In this document: piece by piece, positions 45,964 through 59,550 of the stretch
How the letters are laid out: every line of letters starts with the position of its first letter
Numbering within the stretch: the stretch's first letter is position 1
NCBI RefSeq assembly: GCF_025526975.1
Contig: NW_026515678.1
Coordinates: forward strand, 1 to 64,000
Reading direction: 5' to 3'
DNA: 64,000 nucleotides
DNA from: Fimicolochytrium jonesii
Lineage: Eukaryota
Position numbers and translations under genes: made by a program
Notes under the pieces: model-generated
Told to the model about the DNA's origin: nothing
What the model saw: only the letters and a program-made list of their open reading frames with translations
The model's database searches: none

Positions 45964-47332
45964 CTACACCCGCTCCACCACGTCCCTCCAAAACTCCCAC
46001 GCCCACCCGCGCAACGCCCTCCCGGCGACCCTCACCTCATTACAATGCACCATCGGCAAGTCCCTCCAGCTCACGTACCCCAACGGGCCCTGGTACGCGT
46101 GGACTTTCACTTTGACACGGCGTCTGTTGTCCAGGTGCGTGTACACCCAGGTGATGGCGTCGTCGAGGAGGGTCGGGGCGGCGAACATGTTGTGGTCGAG
46201 GAGGGAGGTTGATTTGTGGATGGTTTGCGTGTCGAAATAGGTGCAGGTGGGGCAGGTGTGTGGGATGCGGAGGCCGGTGGGTGGGGCCAGGGTAGCGGCG
46301 GGGAAGAGGGGCGCGGCGGAGGGAGGCGTGGAGGAGAATTCGTCGGGGATGCCGGGGGTGGTGGGCAGGTGGGTTGGGGCGAGTTCGCCAGAGTTGAGTT
46401 TTGTTTGGATGTCGGTTAGGTAGCAGGGGAGGGTTGTGCGGTGTTCGAAGAATTGGCTGTTGGTGGGAGGGGAGGGGAGTGGGTGAGATATAAGAGTGTG
46501 AAGGGGGGGGGGGGGGGGAATGTGAGGGTGGTGGTACGTACATCTTGAGCATCCCACCCCTGGACATCTTTGCGCTTATCCCGCCCAGGAAATCAAAATC
46601 GGTGTCGAACGCTCTATGTTCAAAGAACAAGTCCTCGCCCTCCCGTCTCTGGCCCTCGTCCCCCCGAGTTCCAGGCAACCCGCTCCACGTCCCAAACACC
46701 AGATGATCAAACTGCGTCAATTTGGTCGTGACGCTGAGTGTGTTTTCGATGATTTCATCCGACATGTCGGGGTTGTAGTAGGTCGCCCATGCTTCTGGGG
46801 CGGAGAGGATGGTCCGCAGCGTGCGGCAGGTGTGCATTAGGTTGATGGCTGTGAAGAAGCCGGATTTCATTGCGATTGCGCAGATTAGCTCGGTGGGGAG
46901 TTTTGTTATCAAAGATGATGATGATGATGGAGTGCGTGATACCAATGGACTTTCCACCACCACCTCCGCCTCCGACTCGCCGAAGGGTAAGTTAAGGCTA
47001 CGCTCGGGCTCGGGCTCGGCCGCGGGTGCGACTGCGACTGCGACCTCTTTGCGGTTCATTGATGCCCTTCTCGAGTCTGCCTGTGGGTGGTGGATCGTTG
47101 GCAAGTCATTCCAGTCGATAGCCCTCCTACAGTTCCCTGCGGAGCTGATATCCCTGTCCCATTTGCGGATGGCTTTGTCTCTCTCAGCTTCTGCGGCTGA
47201 AGTATCGAGAGTTAGTTTTGGGAATCGAGAGAGGGAGGCGGTTCCGTTGCGGAAAGCGGTTGAAGCGGCGGCGAGGGTGCGAGCGATTGGGTTGCGAAGC
47301 GGTTGTTGCTGTTGTGTTGCTGGGTGAGCCAT
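45964..47332 (-). CDS. F-box domain protein (one intron near 46460-46540)
   Basis: LITKLPTELICAIA...AINLMHTCRTLRTIL F-box motif; the start codon is uncertain. Confidence 0.7.
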
Positions 47333-48116
47333 TGAGGTGAGAGTGGTGAGAATAGATATGCTGTGGGGGGATACTCCAAGAGGGAGTGGGTACTGCTGCT
47401 GAGAAGGTATAAGTCCTTTCCAGTTCTCCCTTTTCCTAAGGTTGGTTGCCTTTAGATCCGAAGGAAGGCCATCCTGACACAGGAGGAGGGCGGGCGGCCG
47501 GAGGGGTTTCACGACCGCATGTACTACTCTGCTGTACGTAAGCTCACCAGAATGAGTTGGAGAGACGGAAAGAGAAGGGGAGCGAGACGACATGAGAACA
47601 CGCTGGCTGACTGTGGGAGGGGAATGGATGGACTGCGCCACCCGGCCGCCGCCTCTCTCTCTCTCTCTCTCACCTCACTTGGGGGATTCATCAATGGAAC
47701 GAACGGGCAACAACCAGGCAACAACAACGACGTCCCCCTTATCACTGTAACAACCCCCCACCCACAACGCCGCCACAACAAGCGTCCTCCTCCAAAACGA
47801 ACCACCCACCCACCCACCTCCTCCCGCTGCTCACAGCTCGCCGCTCGAAAAACAACGGTAACAAGGGGGACCCCCCACGTCACTCCTCAAGGCTCAAGCG
47901 GCCTGCTGAACGAAGGAGTGAATAGCTTAGCTACTGGACCGCACTCGACACCCCCCATTGTCCAACGTCCCCACCCTCAGCATGGCCCGCCCACTGCTCC
48001 AGTTCTCCCTGCTGCCTCACAGGCACGGGTGCAAGGACAAAATCCTATTCCGCTTGATCGCCTGCAGCGCAACACAGGTGGAATTCAAGTGCAAAGACCC
48101 GGCCTACAAGCGACTT

Positions 48117-49859
48117 ATGGCCCCGATCCGCACCATCGCCACACCGACTTCCCAGAGGGTCGCCTGTCTCAGGTCACGTCTATTTAGCACAGCTACTTTA
48201 TCCGACCACCACCGCCGCCCGACGCCTCTGGCAGATTGTCCCCATGTTCCCACCCCTCCCGCTGCTCTCGGTTTGCGAACGGCGACGGCTTCCTTACACC
48301 TCAAGTTGACTGCGAAACATACCTGTCCGTTTTCTACTACTACTACTACTACTACCACTACTACTGTCAATGTGGGTACTCAACTCAATAACCGAAAATC
48401 GACAACACAAGTTGGTGTGGTGCAAAAGAGACGCTTTCATGCCGCTAGGAAGGCTGCCGCGCCGTTTCTCGCCGGACCGGGATTGGCTTGGTTCTTTCAT
48501 AGTACTAGGGGTGTTCTCACCGTATTGCCCATTTTGTGGAGGTGGAATTGGTTTAAATCACACCCAAGAACAATGTGGACTCTAGCCTCGATTCCTCTAG
48601 TCATCGCCGCCGCTCTGATTGGATCCGCTTATGAGCAGCACCCTTTCACTGAACGATCGCGCCTCATGTTTATCGACGAGCCCACAGAGCTCGAGCTCGC
48701 CGCCGCCCACAGCGACTCTATGGTCACTAAAAACCGACACCTGCTCTTACCCACTAACCACCCGGACTACATCCTCGTCCACGAAATCGTCTCCGACCTC
48801 GCCGCCGTAGCTGGTCCGGGCCGCAACTGGGAATTACACGTCCTGCAAAGCGACGATGTCGTGAACGCCTTTGTCGTGCCGACCGGACAGATCTTTGTGT
48901 ACACGGGGCTGCTGAGGGCCGCGGAAGATAAGGATGCGGTCGCAGCTGTGATTGCGCATGAGTTTGCCCATGTTTTGAGTCGACATGGAGCTGAGAAATT
49001 AGGGTGCGTTTGTTTCTCTCTCATTTCCCCCTTTCTTGATTCCATTGCCATGCTCATCGACATGCCCACATCCAATTCCCTCAGAATCCAACACCTCGCC
49101 CATTTGGCCTGGGACTTTTTCCATTCACTCTTATATACCCTGACTCTCAACCTACCGATCTTTAGCGACATCGCCGGACGGGGCCTGGATGCCACAAAGG
49201 AGGTGTTGACGTCGCTCCCCTATTCCCGCATGTGCGAAAAGGAAGCCGACGTCATTGGATTGTATCTCATGAGTGTTGCTGGTAAATTCCCTCCCCATAT
49301 CACTTATACTATCATCCACCGCCAAAACCCGACATGCTCACTTCCCCTCCCCCCCTGCACAGGCTACAACCCCCGCGCCGCCATCGACTTCTGGGCCCAC
49401 CTCTCCCGCATCGACACCTCCACCTCCCCCACCACCACAACGCCTACAACCCCACCCCCCACCAATAAATCCCACCTCCTCTTCAAATCCCCCAAATCCT
49501 ACGAATTCCTCTCCGACCACCCCTCCCACTCCACCCGCGCCTCGGACCTCAAACAGCACCTCCCCGCCGCCCTGAAGATCTACCACGCGCGCAGCGTCCT
49601 CGCGGAGCGGGTGACTCATCTCCGCGGCCGGCGCCTGAGACGGCGAGACAGCGCCGTGGGGCTCGCGTTCGGAAAGGACGACACCGGGGACGGTGAGACG
49701 AAGGTGGTGACGATGGAGGAGCTGAACAGGGACCTGTTTGACGTGCTGAAGGAGCATCTGAGCGAGGCGGTCGAGAGTGGAGGTGATGCCGCGTGGGTGA
49801 GGGACGAAGCCGTCGCGATGGCCGACAAGGTCGTCAAGGCCAGGGTCGTTGCTCTGTAG
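48117..49859 (+). CDS. OMA1: Mitochondrial metalloendopeptidase, peptidase M48 (Oma1-like); introns 49004-49084 and 49282-49362
   Basis: VNAFVVPTGQIFVYTGLL, AVIAHEFAHVLSRH, YSRMCEKEAD, GYNPRAA, EFLSDHPS. Confidence 0.9.
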   Translation: MAPIRTIATPTSQRVACLRSRLFSTATLSDHHRRPTPLADCPHVPTPPAALGLRTATASLHLKLTAKHTCPFSTTTTTTTTTTVNVGTQLNNRKSTTQVGVVQKRRFHAARKAAAPFLAGPGLAWFFHSTRGVLTVLPILWRWNWFKSHPRTMWTLASIPLVIAAALIGSAYEQHPFTERSRLMFIDEPTELELAAAHSDSMVTKNRHLLLPTNHPDYILVHEIVSDLAAVAGPGRNWELHVLQSDDVVNAFVVPTGQIFVYTGLLRAAEDKDAVAAVIAHEFAHVLSRHGAEKLGCVCFSLISPFLDSIAMLIDMPTSNSLRIQHLAHLAWDFFHSLLYTLTLNLPIFSDIAGRGLDATKEVLTSLPYSRMCEKEADVIGLYLMSVAGKFPPHITYTIIHRQNPTCSLPLPPCTGYNPRAAIDFWAHLSRIDTSTSPTTTTPTTPPPTNKSHLLFKSPKSYEFLSDHPSHSTRASDLKQHLPAALKIYHARSVLAERVTHLRGRRLRRRDSAVGLAFGKDDTGDGETKVVTMEELNRDLFDVLKEHLSEAVESGGDAAWVRDEAVAMADKVVKARVVAL

Positions 49860-50547
49860 GGAGGGGACAGTAAATCGCCATCATGACACCCCCGCCGAGA
49901 CTGGTTGGGGGGCCCGTTTTTTTTTGGGCGGGGGGTTGAGAAAACCGAGACCCCCCATCCATCCCACACGCTTCCTTTTCTTTGTCGTTTGTTTCCGTGT
50001 TTCGTTCAAACGACTTTTGTTAAGCCTCGTTTCGTTTGTGGAGACATCTCCGCCCCCCACCCCTCAGTATATTCCTGGTTTTTCTTTTTTGCCCGCCTCG
50101 TGTACTATCCTTCCATGCATAACCTCTCTTGTCTGAGCAAAAAGAAATATACGAGCCTCGTTCATCGCGCGGACCGAAGAAGGAGAGAGAGAGAATCAAT
50201 CCAAGAGGGGAGCTAGTGAGACCTAGTGATATGATAATGAATGATGGGTGCTAAATACATGAGGGGTGGGGGGGGATTCGATTCCTCGGGACGCAACCTA
50301 CAGGGGGTTTGGAGAGGCTGGGGTGTACAGTACAGTACATACATAGAGCGGAGTCCCTCTTTTCGTGGCCGACCCAAGTGGGGCGGGGGGGAGGGGTGGG
50401 ACAGTCGTTCCGCATTCCCCGTTCCGGCTGCCATCACTTCACCGGACGGAAAAGTCCGCACGTTGGAAAACGCATCCCAACCCCCCCAACCCCCCAACCA
50501 ACCCCCCGGGGAAACCGCCCCACGCGCGCGGAACGGCGATGATTTCC

Positions 50548-52034
50548 TTACTCGTCATCATCCTCCAGCCCCTCCATCTCCTCCTCAAACAGGTTCTCAT
50601 CGACCCCGACGGCGGCGTCCGCGTCCGCGCTCGGGCTCGCAGCGGCCGCGTTCTCCTCCTCATGATCGCTCTCCCCGCGGATATACTCGTCCATGGCATC
50701 CTCGTCCTCGTCGCCGACGGCCCAGTCGGGGTTGAAGTCGAACAGCTCTTTTCCGGAGAAGGCCATCCCGGTCTTCATGCCGGCCTTGTACTTGTCGTAC
50801 GCCTCCTTTTTGCGCTTGGACTCGGATTCTTGTTCCGCGGCTTCGCGTTGTTTGCGGTCTGCTTTCCACGCCGCGAAGGAGGTGGCTGTTACGGGCGTGG
50901 TGTTGGAGCCGAGTTTATGGCGCTGAAGGGGGCGGTGCGAGAGGAGTGTGAGCGACCCGGACTGACACTCGAGGGGGCCATGATGTCTATATGACATACC
51001 TCTGTTTCTAAGAAATCCTCGATACTGATCTGGTTCTCCTTCTCCATCTCCTCCCTGGCCAACCGCTCCTCGGTGGTCTCCTTCTTCTTCAGCACGAAAC
51101 CGGGCGGCAGCGCATGCCTGTACTTGCAATCCTTCCCGCCATTCGGACATTCCCAGAACCAGCCGTACTTCCGCGAGTCGATCGCTTCCAGGAAGTACTT
51201 GCACACAATGTCCGTCGGCTTGTTCCGGTTGTCGATCGCGCCCTTTTTGTTGACCGCGTCTTCGAGCTTGGCTTGGTCCCATGTTTCCATGGTTTGGTCT
51301 TTTTCTGGGGGGTCGCAGGTGTTAGGCGCTGGGGGGGACTCGCAGGTTCGACCCCTTCCTCTCTCTCTCTCCCACTACCGTACCTTCGTCTCGAGCATCG
51401 GTGTACAGATCAGCTTTCGTCGCCTTCCGCTCAATGTTCATGTCGTGCGAGAACTTGCACTTTGACCCCTTCTGACAAGTCCCATTCTTGAAGAACGCAC
51501 ACAGAATCGTTTTCGGGTCGACGCCTGGCAAGAAGGGACACTCTCACGTTAGGTTTTCCCTCCCCACGACACCATTCAGGGCCACTCGTCCAAAGGGTAC
51601 TTACCAAAAGGCACCTTCTGCTGAACCTGCACGACCTTGAACAGCTCCGCCAACTCTGCCTTCTTGGCCGCTTCCGCCGCTTTCTTGTTTGCTATTTGGG
51701 CCTTTCGGTCCTCTTCCTCTTTCTGTAGAACCCCATTCGTAAGTCATGCAGTCGCCCTTAACTACTTGCCCTCACGCAAAAACAATACCTTCAGCTTGGG
51801 ATTCCCGATGGTAGCCGCCTGCTCTTTGACCTGCTGGACATATTTCCCAACTTTTGTCGATTTGTTCTTGTTCTTTAGACCGAACGTCTACATTTGTAAA
51901 GCAAGTTGGGGCATTAGATCCTCACAACGGATGTCATGACGAAAAATCAGCCGTCTTTTCGCCCCTACCTTGTCGTCGGCAGACTTTGTCTTTGCCTTGA
52001 CTTCATTCTTGGTGGGTTTCCCCTTGGGAGGCAT
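50548..52034 (-). CDS. TMA46: CCCH zinc finger / DFRP protein Tma46 (ZC3H15), multi-exon
   Basis: MPPK...[75 protein letters not shown]. Confidence 0.92.
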
Positions 52035-52450
52035 GGTTGTGAAGTGGTCGTTGCCAACGTAGCCTCAGATATATGGAAATGCGACGACGCTCCTTTTTTT
52101 TCCTGCCGACACCACTCTGGAACTGACGGCGGGGGGGACGGTCTCCGGGCGGAAGGCGTGGCAATTTGGCAAAGCGTTGAGGTTCGCAGTGCGGAGGCTA
52201 AACGCTGTCAAGGAGTGAAGATCACCCTTAAGGTAACGAGTTTTCTCCTCCACCGCGAAGCGTTGCGAAAGCGGCCTTTCACCCACCTTTCACCCGAGTT
52301 GCCGCGTCGCCCTTCAACTGTCACTCTCAAAAGAGTATATAAGGAGGCGGCCTGCAGACACCCCCCCGGAAGGACTCACAACCCCGCCTCTCGCACTACA
52401 CACAGAGGGATAGGTTCTCTCCGGCCGCCAGGTTCGACTCTCTCCGAACA

Positions 52451-53978
52451 ATGAGCACCGTCACCCTTAAAGCGCGCTCCGGCCGCGTCCTCAAAGAAGA
52501 TCTCGACCTCAACGTTAACGTCCAGGACGCTACCGTCGACGACCTGCGGAAGGCGGTTCATAAGGCTTGTGCGTGCGAAAAGATAGGGATGCCGATGTTC
52601 CTTTTTGTTAATATCCATTTCCTCTCCTTGTTAGTCCCGAAATGGTACCCTACGCGGCAAAGGCTGACGATTGGTGCGTTGACACAAATTATTGGATGCG
52701 GGAAGGGATAGCAGCGGGCGGATGAAGAGATGAGAGAGGGCCGACTGACACGAGTTGGGATGATTCTCTCAGACAACAAGCCGTTGGAAGCCGGAAAGAA
52801 ATTGTCGGAATATGATGTCAAGCCTGGAGGTGTGTTCCCCGCTATGAATTCGCTGCCGAAATCGTAAACGTTAGTCTGACCCGGACCCACTTTCGCAGCT
52901 ACCATTGTCTTCAAAGATTTGGGCAAGTCAATCCTATTTGTTTGTAGGTCAGTGAGGGAATCATCGCAGCTGACGATAATCTGTCGGGACGAGTACAGGC
53001 CCTCAAGTCGGCTGGACGACTGTCTTCCTCATCGAATACTTCGGCCCCATCTTCATCCACCCCCTGTTCTACTTCTTCCCCTCCGTGTTCTACCCGCATA
53101 CGCCCGCGGCGCCGCACACGCGCATCCAAACGTTCGTACCCCAACCTTCACTTTATCCCGTTGTCCTCCCAAAACCCACATGCCTAACACCCTTCTCTCA
53201 CCCACAGCATAACCCTCATCCTATGCGTCCTCCACTTCCTCAAACGCGAATACGAAACCCTCTTCGTCCACCGCTTCTCCAACGACACCATGCCCATCCG
53301 TAACCTGCCCAAAAACTCGTTCCACTACTGGGTCCTTGGCGGGCTTGCACTCGCGTACCCCATCTATCGCCCGGGGTACGAGGGCGGGTATTTGTTTGGC
53401 GTGAATAGTGATTGGGCTGTTGCGGCGGTTGTGGGGATCTGGGTGGTGAGTACTTGGGACTGTCTGAGATTTTGTTTCCCGTGAGGGTGTACTGATGATA
53501 GAATTGGGTGTTTTGTAGTGGGCGGAAGTCTCCAACTACATCACCCACGTCACCTTGCGAAACCTCCGACCACCCGGTTCCAAGATCCGCCAGGTAATTA
53601 CTTCAATCTTCATCACCAGCCCCTCCCTCCCACCACCCTCCCGTTCACACCCCTCCCCCCTCTCTTACCGGACCAGATTCCCTTCGGCTACGGCTTCACC
53701 CAAGTGTCCTGTCCCAACTACTTCTTCGAAGTCGCCGGCTGGACCGCCATCGCCGTGCTCACGGGCGCTGTGTCGGCTTACTTTTTCGCTATCATCGGGG
53801 CTGCTCAGATGTAAGTTTGGGGCCGAGTCATCACATGATTGTTTGCCCCATTTTTATTGAGGGGATGGGAATTTTTTTTAGGTACCAATGGGCGGTCAAG
53901 AAACATATCCGCTACCGTAAAGATTTCGGACCCAGTTATCCCAAGGGACGGAAGGCGATGTTTCCTTTCATCGCCTAG
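52451..53978 (+). CDS. TSC13: Very-long-chain enoyl-CoA reductase (Tsc13/TECR), multi-exon
   Basis: Ubiquitin-like N-terminus; FKDLG/PQVGWTTVFLIEYFGP, HFLKREYETLFVHRFS..TMP, VSCPNYFFE, YPKGRKAMFPF. Confidence 0.93.
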
Positions 53979-54329
53979 AACGCTCAGGGATCCTGACGCC
54001 CAACAATCGGCCCCTCGCATTTTACACGTAAACAAAGCATCCCTCCATCCCGGTGCCCTTCTTCTTCAAGTATCTTACACAATAGGCTAGATTGGTAGTG
54101 TAGGAAGGGAACGTGATATACTATCGGCGTTTATTCATTTCGCATCATCGGCGTACAGTACGTTCTGTTTTCGTGTTTTTCCTCCGTCATTTCGCTCGCC
54201 GCGCCCCATCGTCATTCACTGGATCAATATGAGCTGTTGCCAAAAATTGAGTGCAGTTCTGTGGGTTGCTGGTACACGACAGAAGGAGAGGTGAACTCGG
54301 ACATGAGAAGCACCGATGACAGCCGTAAT

Positions 54330-55335
54330 TCATTCCACGAGCTTAAGGTTCGGAAAAAACCGCAAAGCATTCTCGGTCGTTATCCGTTCCACATCCTCAA
54401 ACCGCATGCCTTTGATCTGAGCCTAGGAAAAAACATCCCAGAACATTCAGATCAGGCATCGTACACCGCGGATGGATGAACTTGGGGTCGATGTAGAGAA
54501 ACAGGGGAGGGGGCGGACGGACGGTACATACCACAGCCTCACAAGCGACGCGAATCTCACTCGGCTGGTTCATCTCTCCCTGGACAGCAGCCAACGCCGG
54601 TGAATCGGATTCCAGGACCAAGCTTTCGATCGGGACGGCCTGTTCACAGATTCAAACGGCCATCCCCTCAGTGGCCCCATCACCTTCAGCACCTGAACGG
54701 GTATCTCACAACTCGTCGCTCACCTTAACCAGCTTACTCAACCCCTCACTCCTCACCACACTCGGCGCGACACTCACCAAATTGCCCGCGCGCACAGCCC
54801 GCATCGCATACCCCGCCTTCCCATCAAACGCATGGAACAGCGCCCTCGCCCCCGATGCAACCACCATATCAACCGCGTAATGCCCCGCCTGTCTCGAATG
54901 CACGTTCAGCGGGATGTTCAAGTCGACGGATGCAGTTATATGCGCTGCAAAGACGCGTTGTTGGATTAGTTTGAGGTCGGAGGGTGGGATGTGGGGTGTG
55001 AGGGCCAAGACATGCGGGGAGAAATCGAGGCCGCATTCTCCGATTGACGTCAACTCAGAAGAGTGGGATTGGATGAGGCTGAGGATGGGGGGTAGGTCGG
55101 CGAGGGTGATGGAGTGAGCGGGAGTGGAGGCGGTGGCGGGTTGAACGGGGTGCAGGCCGAGAGAGGGGTGTAGGAGGGGGTGGAGGTGGGAGAGGGAGAG
55201 GACTGTGTGGGCGGTGGGGAGGGATTCGGGGACGTTGATTATTGCGGATATGGAGAATGACTTTGCGTTGGCGAGGATGGTGGGGATGTCTGTGAACTCT
55301 GGGGGGTAGATGTGGGCGTGGCAATCGACCAGCAT
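54330..55335 (-). CDS. TatD-family nuclease (TATDN3-like), 3 exons
   Basis: MLVDCHAH, LGLHPVQ, IGECGLDF, PLNVHSRQAG, FHAFDG, LVLESDSPAL, ITTENALRFF. Confidence 0.92.
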
Positions 55336-55929
55336 TTTGTCCGTCTGGTAGAAGCAAGCAATGGGGTTTTCTGACCTCACAAGGCTTCCTCCGCAACTTC
55401 CCTTCTTTGCGACTTCGGCAGAAGGCCTGACAGAACTTTGAAGAGTTCGTTCGAGGTTTCCCCCCAGTTTCCCCCGATCGGAATGACTGCTTTCTAAAGC
55501 AGTCTCGAGCTCGTTTGCCTGCCCATACACGTGGCGACAAGCACATTCCCGAACGTTTCGCAAGATGTAGAGACCTCACGGGACCGATAGATGACTTAAG
55601 TGCACCGTCGATTCTTTAAAAGATCCCCTCATTCCCCCTTCCCTCAGCTATTTTGCAATAACGTCAGTTCCGGGGTTCAAGTTCGGTATTCCCTCCCGAG
55701 ATTCGGTCCAGCTCAGTGTCCGAGAATAGCGGCCCACTAGACTCGCCCTTTTTCAAGGGAAGGAAGTGGGGCATGCTGCTCTTGGTCAGTGGACAGTTTT
55801 GACGGTGGGGTATCAACTGAGGGAAATCGGACGGGGTGTGCAGGAAGGGAGGGCTTTATAGGAAAACAGGTGTGGCGCAGTCGGAGCGTTGGATTAACTG
55901 CGCCACTCCTCGAGTTGAGAAACCAAGTT

Positions 55930-58900
55930 GGTGGGTGCAAGACGGTGGCAAGATGAACGTTCCAGCCAACAGAGGCATGGGTTTCAACCATTGAGCGCTT
56001 CGTTCGACGTGGAATGGAAGCACGGTTTTCTGAGCGACATGTGCGTCCGCAAAAGTCTCGACGCTCTTTATGGCAAATCCCACCATGTCCACGGCGCGCG
56101 ATGTGGGGATGCGGACGCGGACGAGATGAAACTGCACGCGAAGAATCTGGGTGGAATATATCAGCGAGCGGCAGGGAAGCAGCGAAAACGAGAGCGACCA
56201 GATCTTTTGGACTCTCTCCGTCACTCCCTCCGAACGCGAGCGCGAAGAAGTAGAGGTCGAGGAACATCTCTTCGAAGAATGCGAATTTGACACCGGCCGG
56301 GATTCTAAAAGGAAAGCATCTACGGGAATGTCCGAAACTGATGACGATTTGGATATCGAGATCCAGCGCCACAGGCTCTGAGGGTCATCATGCCGTCTAT
56401 CACGAAGGGTGCGAAGATGCTACAGACTTGACTCGCCCAAGGACCGAATTGACCACCTTGAGGTCGTCCGGGAGCGACCTCCGGAAGTCTCGTGGGATGC
56501 CATGTGGGAAGCCACCACCAACCGCCAACCACCAACCCCCATCTTCGGCCGCATCACCATGATGGACGCACTCCTGGCTTCGGCCTCAACTCTCTTTGAG
56601 AGCGGCACCGCTCTCAACTCCTCGGCGCAGTCCCTCTCCGCTACGGGCCTCCATAACGCTACATCTGCTCCGGCGCCTGCGGCCGGTAAGGTCGTCTGGT
56701 CGACGCCGACCTTTCAGAAGAAAGTTTGGAAGCGTTGCTGATGATACAGTTGACCAAGCCGAATACCTGGCCGTAGGTGGGGGTTATGGCTGGGGATGCT
56801 TGGGAGAACGGGATCGGCCGTAGCACCGACGTCGAATCTTGATCTTCGCCACCGTTGAGAAGGCGAAGGTCGCGAAGTCAAAGCCAGCGAAAGGAACCGG
56901 ACTGTAGCTGGCACCGGACAGTGTGAGCGCAGATTCATCCAACGGAATGACCTTGATCGACCTCCGGATAGGATCCGCCCAGTTTATATCACTTCCTAGT
57001 GACCTTGCCGCACGATACGGCGAAATTGATCGATTTGCGGAAGTGTTTCCTGAGGAGGCGAGAGTCTTTTTGGACACGCTTCTCACGAACTTGGAGGAGC
57101 GGGACGCCAAGGAGTGGGAAGAAATTGTTAATGCAATCGACAAACCTCATTCAGCCATCGTTGGAGAGGTCGTCGCTGTGATCAAGCATACCCTTCCTGT
57201 TTTGTGATTAGCCAGATTACACACGCATCCATTCATAACTACATCTTACTACCGAATCTCTACCTTACTAGCTGCCGGGCGTTCGAACAGGGTGATAACC
57301 CTTTGAAAAGTCGAAGCACGCTGGAGACCGAACACCTGAGCACGTTCTCCACCCCAATTTCCCCACCCCATTTTCCGAGAATGCTGTCACCGCTTCGCGC
57401 ACGGGACCGTTTGGCGCTCAGGAGAGACGAAGGAGTACAGCGTGAAACGGGAAAAAGGCGATGGCATTGCCGTCGGCCAACACGGTCGACAATCTGCTCC
57501 ACCGGCTGGTATATACGGCCTTCCTTGCGCCAGATGGAGCGAAGTCTGGCGGTTCCTAGGAGCAAGTGTTTCCTATCGCAATTGGATTGCGCACTTTGCA
57601 TACCTGGCGGATCCTTTGTGCCCTTCACATGGATGTCCCACGGTGCGGGAGAGGTCCCACGGGCGTGGCAGCGAAGTAAAGACCAAAATGTTGCGAAGGG
57701 CGAAGGTCGTCTCCTGTACGAACAACCGTTTATTTTGGCCCATTTGTCCCGGAAGGGGCCGAACTCGCATCGAATCTTTGATCGTCGCCACCGTTGGGAA
57801 GGCGAAGGTTGCGAATCAAACGCGGTTACGCTGCGCGAAATGGACCTGGCATTACGTGTTACCGACACGGTTGTTGGCTGCTGGGGATCTGGCTTCCTTT
57901 GGGGCGACATACGTCGCCATTTTCTGCACACTTCGGCGTCAGTGATGGAGGACGTGGGAGAGTGTCGCAAGGAAGTCCGGCAGCCTCCCACGTCCTCGAT
58001 CACTTGACCATGCGTGTGCTCTGCTGAATTGAAATTTTGGTTGTCAATATCGGGCGGTGAAACTTGTTGACGTCTTATCTGAAGGCCGAAAATGACCCAA
58101 TGTAAGGCGGACGATTTCGAATCCGAGGGCACTTGGTCCGAGCGACGAAGATATCATCGAAGGACTCTCTTTCCAACACGCGGTATTCGGAACTGCCAGG
58201 CCGGACGATGGAGTCCGTTTCCGATTAGTGGCGCTGGGTCGCCGATGCTGCGAAGGCCTCACATCCAAGAATGGCGGCTCGTGTTCCAATCGTGTCACAA
58301 ACACGAAAGGAGGCGCGCAAGTTCCGCATCCGGCACCCGTCCCTTCGTTTTATGGTCCAGTGGGAGAATTTCACGGCTCGACCGCCCTGCCCTGAAACGC
58401 ATCTACTGAATGCGCAGGATGTACCAGGTGACGAATATCGGATGCCAGTCATGAAGCATCGAGGAGCTAGACGGACTTCTTGGCCGGGGGATTGAGGCTG
58501 TGAGGCTGCTGCCTTGGACCAAGTGGAACGAAAACGTAACAAAACCGAATATCGCTGGCCTTCGCGTCGCATCAGTGAAAGTTGGCAGTGGCGAAAGAAG
58601 AAACGACTGAAGTGGGTTTTGAAGATGAAGGTTGCGAATGAGATATACAAACGGCCAAACAGTACCCGGATACCCCTGTCGGAGGGCACTCGTTTTGATT
58701 GGATCGGACATCCCGATGGTCCTGCGAGTGGGCTGGAGGAAGTCCTGGGATACCGAAGGCGCTTTGAGCGCAACTATCGCTCTTATGCTTGGCTGTGCTT
58801 CAAGCGCCAACCGTAAAGGCCTTCCGATAATCAGGGCCCACATGGTCCGGGTGCGGCGGTAAATATCTAGGCGTATACGCCCAAGCATGTATGCACGCTG

Positions 58901-59550
58901 AGGAATGATACGAAGAACGAGGACCTCCACCCTCGACTACTCTCCTGCGATCGCCCCGACGGGGCAGACGGCCAAACCCGGAACGAAGGCACTGGATGCC
59001 AACTGTGCTACCATTGACGAAAAATATCCCCAATATGGGCCAGCACTTCGCAAACTCCTAACCTTCACAACAAACCAGTCCTCCACCTTCCGTTGCCTTC
59101 TGAACCGAACGGAGACAGTCCATCCCGCCCTTGCAACGACATGGCTGCCGACGCACCTCCTTTCGCTTTCGCGCCGGACCACTTTTATCTGGGCAACTTC
59201 CGGCTTCCTAGGTGCCCTGATGGCCACACAGTGCAGAAATTACAGAAGAGTCTGGCATCAAGTTGCCCCGGAATCATCCGACGCATACGGAAACGCAACG
59301 GTATGAGGCACAAACTGATGCTTGAGCTGGGCGGGATTTGGACATGGTTATGAAGAGGCATATGGAAGGTGCTGCCATCCTTATTCCCATCACCGGCACG
59401 GTGACTTCGAGTTCGACAACCGATGCACGGATCAAGGTGAGGGGGGTCGGGTTATGAATGGAGACATGGACAAGCGAAGGGCGAGCGTGAAGGCGGGCTC
59501 GTTGAGCCGGGCGCACGATAGCCCAGCTACCCAGTCGAAGCCATGAGTTG
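55930..59550 (+). pseudogene. Decayed, frameshifted coding region of unknown origin (possible transposon relic)
   Basis: Successive short + strand ORF pieces with protein-like composition (e.g. 56151-56381, 56409-56741, 56923-57207, 58271-58495) and no consistent splice model. Confidence 0.3.
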
